Assembly (NCBI GenBank): GCA_040882355.1
Contig: JBBEBM010000060.1
Span: 53,717 to 73,716, forward strand
Source of the DNA: Dehalococcoidia bacterium
Lineage (GTDB): Bacteria > Chloroflexota > Dehalococcoidia > DSTF01 > RBG-16-68-14
Length of the DNA: 20,000 nucleotides
Reading direction: 5' to 3'
The position numbers were made by a program, and so were the translations under genes. Position 1 is the first letter of the stretch. Each line of letters begins with the position of its first letter. Below, in pieces: positions 1 to 9,358 of the stretch. Below the pieces are notes generated by a model. It searched no databases. It worked only from the letters and a program-made list of their open reading frames with translations, and was not told the DNA's origin.

Positions 1-640
1 CCTTCACCGCCCGCTGGACGTGCAGGATTTCGTCGGGATTGCTCACCTGCGTCAGCGACTCGATGGGGTGCGCGAGCTGCTGCGCCTCCAGGATCGCGAC
101 CTCGTCTTGCTGCGTCGGGTAGCCGAGGTGGACGCGAAGCACGAAGCGGTCGAGCTCCGCTTCGGGCAGCGGGAAGGTGCCTTCGTACTCGATCGGGTTC
201 TGCGTGGCGAGGACGATAAACGGCTGGGGCAGATGATAGGTCACGCCGTCCACGGTGGCCTGGCGCTCCTCCATCGCCTCGAGGAGCGCTGACTGCGTCT
301 TCGGCGTCGCGCGATTGATCTCGTCGGCGAGCACCACCTGGGCCATGATCGGCCCGGGCCGGAACTCGAAATCACGTGTCTTCTGGTTGTAGATCGAGAC
401 GCCCGTGACGTCGGTCGGCAGAAGATCGGGGGTGAACTGGATGCGCCGGAAGCTGCAGCCCGTTGACATCGCCAGGCTGCGGGCGAGGATCGTCTTGCCG
501 ACGCCCGGCACGTCCTCGATCAGGACGTGGCCCTGGCACATCAGCGCGATCAGGGCGAGGCGCACGGCCTCGCGTTTCCCGATGATGACGCGCTCTACGT
601 TCGTGAGGATGCGTTCGGCGACGGCCTTCGGATCTTCCAC
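1..640 (-). CDS. moxR: MoxR family AAA+ ATPase (runs off the left edge of the window)
   Basis: Manual translation of the minus strand from GTG at 640 (AGGAG 6 nt upstream): [22 protein letters not shown]...[14 protein letters not shown] (Walker A)...[15 protein letters not shown]...[23 protein letters not shown] (Walker B)...[22 protein letters not shown]. These are MoxR signatures. Not in the ORF track because it is truncated. Confidence 0.95.
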   Translation of the reverse strand, partial: MEDPKAVAERILTNVERVIIGKREAVRLALIALMCQGHVLIEDVPGVGKTILARSLAMSTGCSFRRIQFTPDLLPTDVTGVSIYNQKTRDFEFRPGPIMAQVVLADEINRATPKTQSALLEAMEERQATVDGVTYHLPQPFIVLATQNPIEYEGTFPLPEAELDRFVLRVHLGYPTQQDEVAILEAQQLAHPIESLTQVSNPDEILHVQRAVK

Positions 641-718
641 CACCCACTCCTAGTTCGACGGGGCGCGGTCCCCCTGTGGCGCCCGCCCGAGGTCGGCACA
701 ACCGCCACGGGCGCGTCT

Positions 719-727
719 AGTATAGCA
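719..727 (-). promoter_or_regulatory. extended -10 promoter element for moxR
   Basis: TGcTATACT on the minus strand about 80 nt upstream of the moxR start. Confidence 0.5.
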
Positions 728-801
728 TCGCCAAGCTGCCTTTTGTAGATACGCCGTGGAATCTCGCCCGGTTCCGTTACAGGTGTGACGAGCGCGGCGC
801 C

Positions 802-1722
802 TCAGCGGCCGCGCTCGACCACGAACAACCGCCACGGCCCGTCCGACCGGGTCTCGACGACGCGTCCGGCGGCGGCCTCGAGTGCCGCGCGGCAAGCCGC
901 TCCGTGCTCCTGGATCAGGCCGCTGACGAGAGCGACGCCGCCCGGCCGCAGCGCGTCGATCAGCGGCCGCGCCAGCTCCTGGACGAGTCGACTGCTGAGG
1001 TTGGCCATCGCGAGGTCGTAGCGGGCTGATGGCGGCTCGTCGAAGGGCCACGCCTCGTCCAGCGAGCCCTCCGCCACGCGCACGATGCCTTCGACGTGGT
1101 TACGGGCTGCGTTCTCGGTCGCAGCGCGCACAGCGATCGGGTCGATGTCGAGTGCGTCGACGCCCGCTGCCCCGAGCAGCGCGGCGGCGACGCCGAGGAT
1201 GCCCGAGCCGGTGCCGAGATCGAGGACGAGAGCGCCCGATTGCATGCGCTCCTCCAGCCCCTCCAGGCACATCCGCGTCGTTGCGTGCTGGCCGGTACCG
1301 AAGGCCATGCCCGGGTCGAGCTCGATCAGCACGTCCTCTTTTCGCGCGCGGTAGCGCCGCCACGATGGCCGCAGCACGAGACGCTTCCCGACACGCAACA
1401 CCGTGAAATAGCGTTTCCAAGCGTTCGCCCACGACGCGTCGTCGACCGTCCGACTGCGCAGCCGCCCGACGAGCGCATCGTCGAGCGCGCGCAGCTCGCG
1501 GCGCATCGCAGCGAGCGTTGCCCGGCTGTCGCCGTCTTCGGCCGGTAGCCAGGCGCGCAGCACGACGGGCGTCTCGTCGTCGAGGGAGACGCCTCCCTCC
1601 TCGTCGATCGCCTCGAACGGCACGTCGATGCTGACTCCGCCCGGAACGTGCCGGCGCACGATCTCAGATGCTGCCTCTACCGCCTGCGGCCTGACGGTGA
1701 AGGTCAGCTCCAGGTAGCGCAC
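802..1722 (-). CDS. prmA: ribosomal protein L11 methyltransferase
   Basis: WANAWKRYF, LDPGMAFGTGQHATT, VLDLGTGSGILG, LDIDPIAV motifs; directly downstream of dnaJ, a conserved gene order. Confidence 0.95.
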   Translation of the reverse strand: MRYLELTFTVRPQAVEAASEIVRRHVPGGVSIDVPFEAIDEEGGVSLDDETPVVLRAWLPAEDGDSRATLAAMRRELRALDDALVGRLRSRTVDDASWANAWKRYFTVLRVGKRLVLRPSWRRYRARKEDVLIELDPGMAFGTGQHATTRMCLEGLEERMQSGALVLDLGTGSGILGVAAALLGAAGVDALDIDPIAVRAATENAARNHVEGIVRVAEGSLDEAWPFDEPPSARYDLAMANLSSRLVQELARPLIDALRPGGVALVSGLIQEHGAACRAALEAAAGRVVETRSDGPWRLFVVERGR

Positions 1723-1739
1723 GGTTTGGGGATGTGAGC

Positions 1740-2858
1740 CTAGCTGAGGGCGTCCTTGATGCGGTCGAGCAGGCCCTTGTCGTCCTCGGACAGCGGCGTG
1801 CCCATCGACTCCGCCAGCTCGGCGAGCAGGGCTTTCTGCTTCTGCGAGAGGTGCTTCGGCGTGACGACCTGAGCGCGCACCAGGAGGTCGCCCCTGCCGC
1901 TGGTGCGTAGGTGGGGAACGCCCTTGCCGCGCAAGATGAAAACCTCTCCGCTCTGCGTGCCCGCCGGGATGCGCAGCGGCTCCTGCCCTTCAAGCGTGGG
2001 TACGTCCACCTCGTCGCCGAGCGCAGCCTGGGCGATGTTCATCTCGAGCGGGTAGATCAGGTCGTCGCCGTCCCGCTGGAAGAGCTTGTGCGCCTTGACG
2101 TCGATCAGCAGGTAGAGGTTGCCCCGCGAGCCGCCGTTGACGCCCGGCTCGCCCTCGCCGGCGAGGCGCATCTGCGCGCCGTCGTCGATCCCGCCGGGGA
2201 ACTTCACCTGGAGGCGGCGGCTGCGCTTCTCGCGGCCGCTGCCGCGGCAGTTCTTGCAGGGGTTGGTGACGACGCGCCCCTCGCCGCCGCAGCGGTCGCA
2301 GGCCGCGACGTTGACGAACTGGCCGAAGACGCTCTGCTGCACGCGACGCAGCTCGCCGGTGCCGCCGCAGTTCGCGCAGCGCTCCAACTCGCTGCCCGGC
2401 TCCGCGCGCAGGCCGTTGCAGTGCGAGCAGAGCTCCGTGCTGGCGAGCTCGACTGTCTTCTCGCAGCCGAAGGCCGCTTCCTCGAAGGCGAGCGTGATCT
2501 GCATCCGCAGGTCGGTGCCCTTGCGTGGCGAACGGCGGCGCTGTGTGGTGCCGCCGAAGAACGCGTCGAAGATGTCGCCGAAGCCGCCGAATCCGAAGCC
2601 CTCGAACCCGCGCCCGCCCATACCGGCTTCGGCGCCGGCGTGCCCGAAGCGGTCGTACATCGCGCGCCGGTCCGCGTCGGAGAGCACCTCGTAGGCCTCG
2701 TTGACCTGCTTGAAGCGCTCCTCCGCGCCGTGGTTCCGGTTCCGATCCGGGTGGTACTCCATCGCCAGCTTCCGGAAGGCCTTCTTGATCTCTTCCGGCG
2801 TGGCGTTCCGGGCGACCCCCAGCACGTCGTAGTAGTCTTGCTTGGTCGTTCTAGCCAT
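1740..2858 (-). CDS. dnaJ: molecular chaperone DnaJ (type I)
   Basis: J domain with HPD (YHPDRN), G/F-rich region with DIF, four CxxCxGx(G) zinc repeats, C-terminal GDLLV. Confidence 0.98.
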   Translation of the reverse strand: MARTTKQDYYDVLGVARNATPEEIKKAFRKLAMEYHPDRNRNHGAEERFKQVNEAYEVLSDADRRAMYDRFGHAGAEAGMGGRGFEGFGFGGFGDIFDAFFGGTTQRRRSPRKGTDLRMQITLAFEEAAFGCEKTVELASTELCSHCNGLRAEPGSELERCANCGGTGELRRVQQSVFGQFVNVAACDRCGGEGRVVTNPCKNCRGSGREKRSRRLQVKFPGGIDDGAQMRLAGEGEPGVNGGSRGNLYLLIDVKAHKLFQRDGDDLIYPLEMNIAQAALGDEVDVPTLEGQEPLRIPAGTQSGEVFILRGKGVPHLRTSGRGDLLVRAQVVTPKHLSQKQKALLAELAESMGTPLSEDDKGLLDRIKDALS

Positions 2859-2910
2859 TCGCTACCTTACATGAGTTGTCGACTGCGGATGGGCGGGTGC
2901 CCAGCGCCTC

Positions 2911-2919
2911 ATTGTACCA
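2911..2919 (-). promoter_or_regulatory. extended -10 promoter element for dnaJ-prmA
   Basis: TGgTACAAT on the minus strand about 50 nt upstream of the dnaJ ATG. Confidence 0.55.
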
Positions 2920-2948
2920 GGGGCGGGCAATGCCTCACAGCAGGGTGG

Positions 2949-2958
2949 NNNNNNNNNN
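2949..2958. other. assembly/scaffold gap (10 N)
   Basis: Run of ten N bases. Confidence 1.
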
Positions 2959-2983
2959 CCCACGGGAGCTGGGGGCCGGTCGC

Positions 2984-4015
2984 TTAGGCGCTGGCGACCA
3001 GCGACTCCTCCTCGGTGGGCAGGCTGCGCTTGATCACCTCCAGGTGCTCCAGCGCGACGCCCGCGCCGATGGCCGTGCATTCCAGCGGGTTGTCCGCGAC
3101 GTGGCACGGGATGTCGATCTCCTGGGTGAGGAGCAGGTCCAGGTGGCGCAGGAGCGCCCCGCCGCCGGTGAGTACCAGGCCGCGGTCGATAACGTCGGCG
3201 GCCAGCTCCGGTGGCGTGCGCTCCAGCACGGTGCGCACCGTCTGCACCATACTGGCGAGGCAGTCCTGAATCGCCTGAGTCGTCTCGGTGCTGTTCAGTG
3301 TGATCGTGCGGGGCAGGCCGCTGATCAGGTCGCGTCCTCGCACGGGCATCGTCAGCTCTTCCTGGAGGGGAATCGCGCTGCCGATGCCGATCTTGATGTC
3401 TTCCGACGTGCGCTCGCCGATGGCCAGGTTGTGGCGTCGCTTTACATAAGCAACGATTGCGTCGTCCATGCGGTCCCCGGCGACGCGCACCGACTCCGCG
3501 ACGACGATGCCGTACATCGAGATCACCGCGGCCTCCGTGCGCCCGCCGCCGATGTCGACGACCATGTTGCCACTGGGCGTGCCGACGGGGATGCGCGCCC
3601 CGATCGCCGCGGCCAGCGGCTCCGGCACGAGCTGGGCGGGGCGCCGTCCGCCCGCCTGCTCGGCGGCGTCGCGCACGGCGCGCTGCTCGACGCTGGTGGC
3701 GCCGACGGGGATGCAGATCATCACCTCAGGCTTGATGAAGTTGAGCCGCCCAACGACCTTCTGGATGAAGTAGCGCAGCATCGCTTCCGTGATCAGGTAG
3801 TCGGCGATGACGCCGTCCTTCATCGGGCGGATGACCGAGATGGTGTCGGGCGTGCGGCCCAGCATGTCGCGCGCCTCCATGCCGACGGCGACGACGGTGT
3901 TGTCGCGGTTCGCCAGCGCGACGACGGCGGGCTCGTTGATCACGATGCCCCGTCCCTTGACGTAGACGAGCACGTTGGCGGTGCCCAGATCGATGCCGAT
4001 GCGTTTCGGTAGCAT
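2984..4015 (-). CDS. mreB: rod shape-determining actin homologue, MreB/Mbl family
   Basis: [51 protein letters not shown]; no mreC/mreD adjacent, so possibly an Mbl-type paralogue. Confidence 0.93.
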   Translation of the reverse strand: MLPKRIGIDLGTANVLVYVKGRGIVINEPAVVALANRDNTVVAVGMEARDMLGRTPDTISVIRPMKDGVIADYLITEAMLRYFIQKVVGRLNFIKPEVMICIPVGATSVEQRAVRDAAEQAGGRRPAQLVPEPLAAAIGARIPVGTPSGNMVVDIGGGRTEAAVISMYGIVVAESVRVAGDRMDDAIVAYVKRRHNLAIGERTSEDIKIGIGSAIPLQEELTMPVRGRDLISGLPRTITLNSTETTQAIQDCLASMVQTVRTVLERTPPELAADVIDRGLVLTGGGALLRHLDLLLTQEIDIPCHVADNPLECTAIGAGVALEHLEVIKRSLPTEEESLVASA

Positions 4016-4047
4016 GGAGCCTTCCCCTCTGTTCTGTCGTGCGGCGG

Positions 4048-5298
4048 CTACACGCGCTCGATCGCCGCGCCCAGCGAACGCAGCTTCTCGTCCAGCGCTT
4101 CGTAGCCTCGGTCCAGGTGGTAGATGTCGCTGATTTCGGTCCGGCCCTCGGCGGCGAGGGCGGCGATGACCAGGGCGGCGCCGGCGCGCACGTCCATGCA
4201 GCGCACGGGCGTGCCGTGGAGCTTCGTCGGGCCGCTCACGATGGCGGTCTGACCGGCGGTGATGACGTCTGCGCCCATCTTGCGCAGCTCGCTGATGTAG
4301 AGCAGCCGGTTGTCGTAGACGCGCTCGAGGATCACACTCACGCCCTTCGCCTGTGTCAGGAACGCAGCGAGCGGCGGGTGGAGGTCGGTGGCGAGGCCGG
4401 GGTAGGGGACCGCCTGCGCCGCTACCGCCTTGTACGCGTCCATGCCTGTGACCACAATGCCGCCCTCGACGTTCCGGATGCGCACGCCGGCCTCCTGCAG
4501 CTTCCAGATGAGCGCGTCAAGGTGCTCCGGCACTGCCTCCATGATCTCCGCCTCGCCGCGCGTCACCGCGACCGCGAGAGCATACGTGCCGGCCTCGGCC
4601 CGGTCGGGCAGGATCCGCTGGGTGGTGCCGTGCAGCTCATGCACGCCTTCGATCTCGATCGTCTGGCCGCCGCCGCGGATCTTCGCGCCCATCCGGTTCA
4701 GCATCTCGACGATGCTCACCACCTCCGGCTCGGAGGCCGCGTTGATGATCGTGGTCGTGCCTTCGGCCATGATCGCCGCGAGCATGACGTTCAGCGTGCC
4801 CATCACGCTCGGGTAGTCGAGCACGACGCGCGCGCCGTGCAGCCGGTCCGCCTCGGCGACGAACTGGTCGCCGCGCCGGTAGACCTCGGCGCCCAGCGCG
4901 CGAAAGCCTGCCAGGTGCACGTCGAGGGGCCGGAGGCCGATCACGTCGCCGCCGGGCGGGCAGCAGGCGGCCCGCCCGAAGCGCGTGAGCAGCGCCCCCA
5001 TCACCAGGAAGCTGGCGCGCAGGTTCACGACGAGCTCGCTGGGGGCCTCGAACGACGTGATCTTGGCCGCGTTGATGCGCAGGCGTGACGTCGAGAGCTG
5101 CTCCACCTCGGCGCCGAGCTGGCGCAGGATGGCGCTCATATAGGTGACCTCTTCGATGTCCGGGACGTTCTCGAGGATACAGTCGTCGGCGGTGAGCAGG
5201 GCTGCGGTCATCGCGTAGTCGGCGGCGTTCTTGTTGCCGCTGACACGCACCCGACCTCGAAGCGCCCGCCCGCCTTCGATGACGAAGCGCTCGCCCAT
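4048..5298 (-). CDS. murA: UDP-N-acetylglucosamine 1-carboxyvinyltransferase (Asp in place of the active-site Cys)
   Basis: Start moved to ATG 5298 ([16 protein letters not shown] upstream). Motifs [60 protein letters not shown]. Confidence 0.95.
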   Translation of the reverse strand: MGERFVIEGGRALRGRVRVSGNKNAADYAMTAALLTADDCILENVPDIEEVTYMSAILRQLGAEVEQLSTSRLRINAAKITSFEAPSELVVNLRASFLVMGALLTRFGRAACCPPGGDVIGLRPLDVHLAGFRALGAEVYRRGDQFVAEADRLHGARVVLDYPSVMGTLNVMLAAIMAEGTTTIINAASEPEVVSIVEMLNRMGAKIRGGGQTIEIEGVHELHGTTQRILPDRAEAGTYALAVAVTRGEAEIMEAVPEHLDALIWKLQEAGVRIRNVEGGIVVTGMDAYKAVAAQAVPYPGLATDLHPPLAAFLTQAKGVSVILERVYDNRLLYISELRKMGADVITAGQTAIVSGPTKLHGTPVRCMDVRAGAALVIAALAAEGRTEISDIYHLDRGYEALDEKLRSLGAAIERV

Positions 5299-5378
5299 TA
5301 GCGAAGCCTCCCTGCAGGCATTGTGAACGGAGCATACCGAGCGCATCGTGCGGGCGCAAGAATCGAGGCGCGGTTGCC

Positions 5379-5407
5379 TCGCCAAGCCGGGTGCGGTCTG
5401 GTACAAT
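5379..5407 (+). promoter_or_regulatory. sigma70-type promoter for the SDR gene
   Basis: TCGCCA-17 nt-TACAAT with extended TG (5399-5400); AAGGAGG RBS downstream. Confidence 0.55.
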
Positions 5408-5454
5408 CGGCGCGCTGGAGAGGCATCCGTTCAGACATAAGGAGGACATGGGAC

Positions 5455-6294
5455 ATGGCAGTAGTGCTGATCACGGGCTGTAGCAGCGGTTTCGGGCTGC
5501 TCTCGGCCCTCCACTTCGCCCGCAAGGGCGACACCGTCTTCGCGACGATGCGCAACACGGCCAAGGCGGCCGAGCTGGAGCGGGCGAAGGAGGCGGAGGG
5601 GCTGGCGATCGAGGTCGTTGCGCTCGACGTCACGGACGAGCAGTCGGTCTCGGACGCTGTGCGCCAGGTGCTCGACAAGGCCGGCCGCATCGACGTGCTG
5701 GTGAACAACGCCGGCCTCGGCCACCACGGCGCGATCGAGGACACCGACGACGATGAGGTGAAGGAGATCTTCGAGACGAACTTCTTCGGCGCGTTCCGCG
5801 TCACCCGCGCCGTCCTGCCTTCGATGCGAGGGCAGGGGTCGGGCACGATCGTCAACGTCTCGTCGCTCGCCGCGCCGGTCACACCACCCTTCAGCGGCAC
5901 CTACGCCGCCAGCAAGCGAGCCCTGGAGGCGATCAGCGAGGCGCTCCACTATGAGGTGCACCCGTTCGGCATACGGATCGTAATCATCGAGCCGGGCGGG
6001 TTCGAGACGGCGATCGAGACCAATCGACGTGTGTCGCGCCGCTTCACGGAAGGCTCGCCTTACCCGGAGAGGGACGCGCGATTCCAGGCGGCGCTCTCTC
6101 GCCTGCCCGCCGCCGCTGCCCGCGACGACGCCCAGAAGGTCGCCGAGGCGATCTACGACGCCGTCAACACGAAAGAGCCGAAGCTACGCTACCTCGTCGG
6201 GCAGGACGCGGAGGGCATCGGCGGGCTGCGTCGCCAGCTCGACGACGAGCAGTTCGAGCAGACGATGCGCCAGGCGCTCGACTTCTGGGACTAG
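5455..6294 (+). CDS. classical short-chain dehydrogenase/reductase (17beta-HSD-like subgroup)
   Basis: Start ATG 5455 after AAGGAGG. TGCSSGFG, NNAG, NVSS, YAASK, IEPGGFET motifs. Confidence 0.93.
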   Translation: MAVVLITGCSSGFGLLSALHFARKGDTVFATMRNTAKAAELERAKEAEGLAIEVVALDVTDEQSVSDAVRQVLDKAGRIDVLVNNAGLGHHGAIEDTDDDEVKEIFETNFFGAFRVTRAVLPSMRGQGSGTIVNVSSLAAPVTPPFSGTYAASKRALEAISEALHYEVHPFGIRIVIIEPGGFETAIETNRRVSRRFTEGSPYPERDARFQAALSRLPAAAARDDAQKVAEAIYDAVNTKEPKLRYLVGQDAEGIGGLRRQLDDEQFEQTMRQALDFWD

Positions 6295-6339
6295 CTCGCC
6301 GGCTGCATGTTGCCTTAGGTTGTGCTAAGATAGGCCGCT

Positions 6340-6945
6340 ATGTCAGATCGACACAACGAACTGGCCCGAAGATACCCGCGCGAGCTCTCGCTCGGGGAGG
6401 AGACGCTCAGCCTCAGGCTGATGGAGCCGTCGGACCGGGACGCGGTCCTCGAGTTCGCCCGATCGCTCCCGCACGATGATCTGCTCTTCCTGCGCCTGGA
6501 CATCACGACGTCCGACGGCGCGGACGAGTGGGTGCGCAACGTCGAGTCCGGGCGCACGATCACGGTGCTCGCCGAGGCCGAAGGCCGGGTCGCGGGCTAC
6601 GCCAGCGTCCACCACAACGACGCCATGTGGAGCCGTCACCTCGGCGAGATCCGCGTGAACGTGGGCGCGGAGCACCGCAAGCGAGGGCTGGGCCGCCGCC
6701 TCACGGAGGAGGTTTTCAGCATCGCGCGTGAGCTGGGCCTCCGGAAGGTCACGGCTCAGATGACCACGGACCAGCGCGGGGCGCGCGCGGTGTTCGAGCG
6801 ACTGGGCTTCCACCCGGAGGCGCTGCTCGCGGACTTCGTTGTCGACCGCGAGGGCAAGACCCGCGACCTGCTGATCATGTCGAACGACGTCACCGGCTTC
6901 ACCGCGGTTGAGCATGCGCGAAAGAAGGTAGGGGCGGCGAGCTAA
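6340..6945 (+). CDS. GNAT family acetyltransferase, resembling the GNAT domain of Pat protein-lysine acetyltransferases
   Basis: Acetyl-CoA motif VGAEHRKRGLGRRL, AVFERLGF; N-terminal LRLMEPSDRDAVLEFARSL is like Pat-type GNATs. Confidence 0.85.
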   Translation: MSDRHNELARRYPRELSLGEETLSLRLMEPSDRDAVLEFARSLPHDDLLFLRLDITTSDGADEWVRNVESGRTITVLAEAEGRVAGYASVHHNDAMWSRHLGEIRVNVGAEHRKRGLGRRLTEEVFSIARELGLRKVTAQMTTDQRGARAVFERLGFHPEALLADFVVDREGKTRDLLIMSNDVTGFTAVEHARKKVGAAS

Positions 6946-8408
6946 GCGCTCGCGACCGTGGTTGGCGTCGGGGCGGCGGGCCTGTGGTTGCCCGCGAAGA
7001 CGGGAATGTCCGTGGCGGAGACACCTGCGGCGGTGCGAAGCTCCAAGAACGATTCGTCCACGCACTCTTTGAGGAAGTCGATGTCCGGCACGGCCTTCGG
7101 ATCGGCTGTCAGGCCGAAGAAGAGCCGGTGGTTGTAGCTGGTCACGCCCACACCCAAGCCCATGCCCATGCTGAGCGGCACCAGCGGGTAATGCTCCAGC
7201 AGCAGTTGCCCGACGGCGTAGAGCGGGATCATTGGGCCGGGCACGTTCGTGCAGATCATGTTCACCAGCGTGTTGGGCGAGGGAATCATGCCAGCGAGCA
7301 CTTGCAGCGGCGCCGGCGCCAGCGAGCCGAGTCTCGAGACCAGCTCCAGCCCGGCCGCCTGGTTCCCTTGCTTGAGCGAGTTCACGTGCTCCTGGATGGC
7401 GCGATAGCGCTTTCCTGCGTCGCCCTCGCCTAGCGGCAGCGAGGTGAGCATCATCGAGACGCGGTTGCCCAGGGCGCCCTGCTCCTCTTCGTGCCGGACG
7501 TTGACGGGCACTGCGACTCTGATCTCGACGCCGTCGACCTGATGCCCGTGCTGCAGCAGGTAGCGTCGCAACGCGCCGGCGAGCACCGTGAGCACGACGT
7601 CGTTGACGGTGCCGCCCAGCGACGTCCGGATCTCGCGGATCTCGATGAACGACATCTCGCTGAAACCGAGCAGCCGGTCAGGGCCGATGGTTACGGCGAA
7701 CGGCGTGCGGGGCGCCGGCCTCGTCAGGTAAGGCGAGGCGAGCGTGAAGGCGCGCATGGCGTCCTGCGCGCGCTTCCACTGAGCCTGCGGGTCGATCATG
7801 CCCTGCACCCAGTCCTGGAACGCGCCGAGCTGCCGGTCGACCTGGTCCCAGAACGCGCCCTCGACCCGGGTCGGCGCTGCGGGCAACGGCTGGGGCTCCC
7901 AGGGGGCCGCCTCGGGTGGGGGCGCCTCCTCCGGGGTCAGGTCGACGATGGCCATCAGCAGCTCGATGCCGGACACGCCGTCGACGAGGCAGTGGTGCAC
8001 CTTCGAGAGAATCGCGGAGCGGGCGCTTTCGATGCCGCTGATCACGTAGCTTTCCCAAAGCGGCTTATTTCGGTCGAGCGGTTTCGCGAAGATCTCGGCC
8101 GTCACCTCGCGGAGCTGCTCGTCGTTGCCCGGCGCAGGCAGCGAGACGTGAAAGACGTGGTTGCGAATGTCGAAGGCCGGATCGTCCTCCCAGGTCGGGT
8201 GAGAGAGGCCAAGGGGGACGAACGCCAGCCGCTGGCGGTAGCGCGGGATGTTCGGCATGCGCGAATCCATGTGGCTCAGGAACCGCTGAAACGCGATCTG
8301 CCCCTGGTAGATCCCCAGCGAGCCGATATGAAGCGGCGCGTTCGGACGTTCAAAGTACAGGAACGCCGCGTCAGGTGCGGTGAGCCGGTGGATGAGCTTC
8401 TCGGTCAT
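6942..8408 (-). CDS. wax ester synthase / diacylglycerol acyltransferase (WS/DGAT)
   Basis: LTAPDAAFLYFE, PLHIG, PLDRNKPLWE, catalytic HHCLVDG (HHxxxDG), GTVNDVVL, TNVPGP. Confidence 0.96.
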   Translation of the reverse strand: MTEKLIHRLTAPDAAFLYFERPNAPLHIGSLGIYQGQIAFQRFLSHMDSRMPNIPRYRQRLAFVPLGLSHPTWEDDPAFDIRNHVFHVSLPAPGNDEQLREVTAEIFAKPLDRNKPLWESYVISGIESARSAILSKVHHCLVDGVSGIELLMAIVDLTPEEAPPPEAAPWEPQPLPAAPTRVEGAFWDQVDRQLGAFQDWVQGMIDPQAQWKRAQDAMRAFTLASPYLTRPAPRTPFAVTIGPDRLLGFSEMSFIEIREIRTSLGGTVNDVVLTVLAGALRRYLLQHGHQVDGVEIRVAVPVNVRHEEEQGALGNRVSMMLTSLPLGEGDAGKRYRAIQEHVNSLKQGNQAAGLELVSRLGSLAPAPLQVLAGMIPSPNTLVNMICTNVPGPMIPLYAVGQLLLEHYPLVPLSMGMGLGVGVTSYNHRLFFGLTADPKAVPDIDFLKECVDESFLELRTAAGVSATDIPVFAGNHRPAAPTPTTVASA

Positions 8409-8486
8409 GAAATTAGGATGGCCCCGTCATCAGGTCGCAGGCTTTCCCCTAGCTTACGGCCAGTTCTAGCCGACGTCCAGGGTACG

Positions 8487-8518
8487 TATAATGGAAATGC
8501 GACGCGTTTTATGATAAA
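8487..8518 (+). promoter_or_regulatory. consensus -10 box followed by an AT-rich palindrome in the divergent WS/DGAT-hydrolase intergenic region
   Basis: TATAAT at 8487-8492; TTTAT-G-ATAAA at 8508-8518. Confidence 0.45.
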
Positions 8519-8567
8519 CATAAGGCCACACGGTGGCAATGGGCTGCGCGGTGTGGGGAGGTAAGTC

Positions 8568-9341
8568 GTGGCAATGAGCGCCAGCCAGGTGGCGCAAACT
8601 GAGTTTCAGAGCGCGCCGGTGCCGCTCTGGCGAGAGGTGCTCTTCGGCGTCGATTGGCTCTCGCTGCGTGTTTCACCCGTCTATTACGGCTTCGGTGTAC
8701 CCCGCGGCGACGGCGCCCCGGTCATCGTCATCCCCGGCTTTCTCGGCTCCGACGACTACCTCGTAGAGATGTACTACTGGCTCCGGCGGATCGGCTACAA
8801 GCCCTACTACTCACGCATCGGCCGCAACGCGGAATGCCCCGAGCTCCTCACCGATAGACTGTTCGCCACGATCGACCGCGCTCAGAAGGACACCGGCCGC
8901 AAGGTCCATCTCATCGGCCACAGCCTTGGTGGGCTGCTCGCGCGCAGCGCCGCCGGCCAGCGGCCGGAGCAGGTGGCGCAGGTGATCTGCCTGGCCTCTC
9001 CCTTCCGCGACATCCGTGTTCACCCCATGGTGCTGGCCGCCGCCGGCTTCGTCCGCGGCCAGATCGCTCGAAACAACAACAGTCGCAAGGAGAAGACGGC
9101 GAAGCGCGACTGCTTCACCGGCGCGTGCTCGTGCGAATTCGCCGCCTCGCTGCGCAGCGACTTGCCGAGCGGGATCGATCGGACCGCGATCTACACGAAG
9201 ACGGACGGCGTCGTCGACTGGCGGAGCTGCGTGGAAGAAGACGATCGGCTCAACTCAGAAGTGAGCGGCACGCACGTCGGTCTCGCCTTCAACCCCCAGG
9301 TCTACCGCAAGGTGGCCAACCTGCTAGCTGGGCCTCGCTAG
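8568..9341 (+). CDS. lipase/esterase-like alpha/beta hydrolase
   Basis: PVIVIPGFLG oxyanion region, GHSLGG nucleophile elbow, TDGVVDW (Asp), GTHVGL (His); GGGAGG RBS before the GTG. Confidence 0.88.
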   Translation: MAMSASQVAQTEFQSAPVPLWREVLFGVDWLSLRVSPVYYGFGVPRGDGAPVIVIPGFLGSDDYLVEMYYWLRRIGYKPYYSRIGRNAECPELLTDRLFATIDRAQKDTGRKVHLIGHSLGGLLARSAAGQRPEQVAQVICLASPFRDIRVHPMVLAAAGFVRGQIARNNNSRKEKTAKRDCFTGACSCEFAASLRSDLPSGIDRTAIYTKTDGVVDWRSCVEEDDRLNSEVSGTHVGLAFNPQVYRKVANLLAGPR

Positions 9342-9358
9342 CTTCCCTTCCCCTGACC

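Noticed and set aside
2404..2427. First DnaJ zinc repeat ends in Arg (CSHCNGLR) instead of Gly
   Set aside because: All eight Cys are retained; minor variation at this position is ordinary
1911..5088. Long plus-strand ORFs (1911-2987, 2876-4012, 4039-5088)
   Set aside because: They are antisense shadows of dnaJ, mreB and murA, expected in GC-rich DNA, and have no recognisable motifs
5299..5454. Overlapping N-terminal extensions of murA and the SDR in the ORF track
   Set aside because: RBS positions and family N-termini place the starts at 5298 and 5455; the interval is a divergent promoter region
5444..5457. Tandem GGACATG duplication at the SDR start
   Set aside because: Only two 7-nt copies; the first ATG is out of frame and too close to the SD; no evidence of function
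5455..6294. SDR as the missing PhaB
   Set aside because: The sequence pattern (TGCSSGFG, IEPG, extended C-terminus) fits the 17beta-HSD-like group rather than PhaB/FabG (no GQxNY motif)
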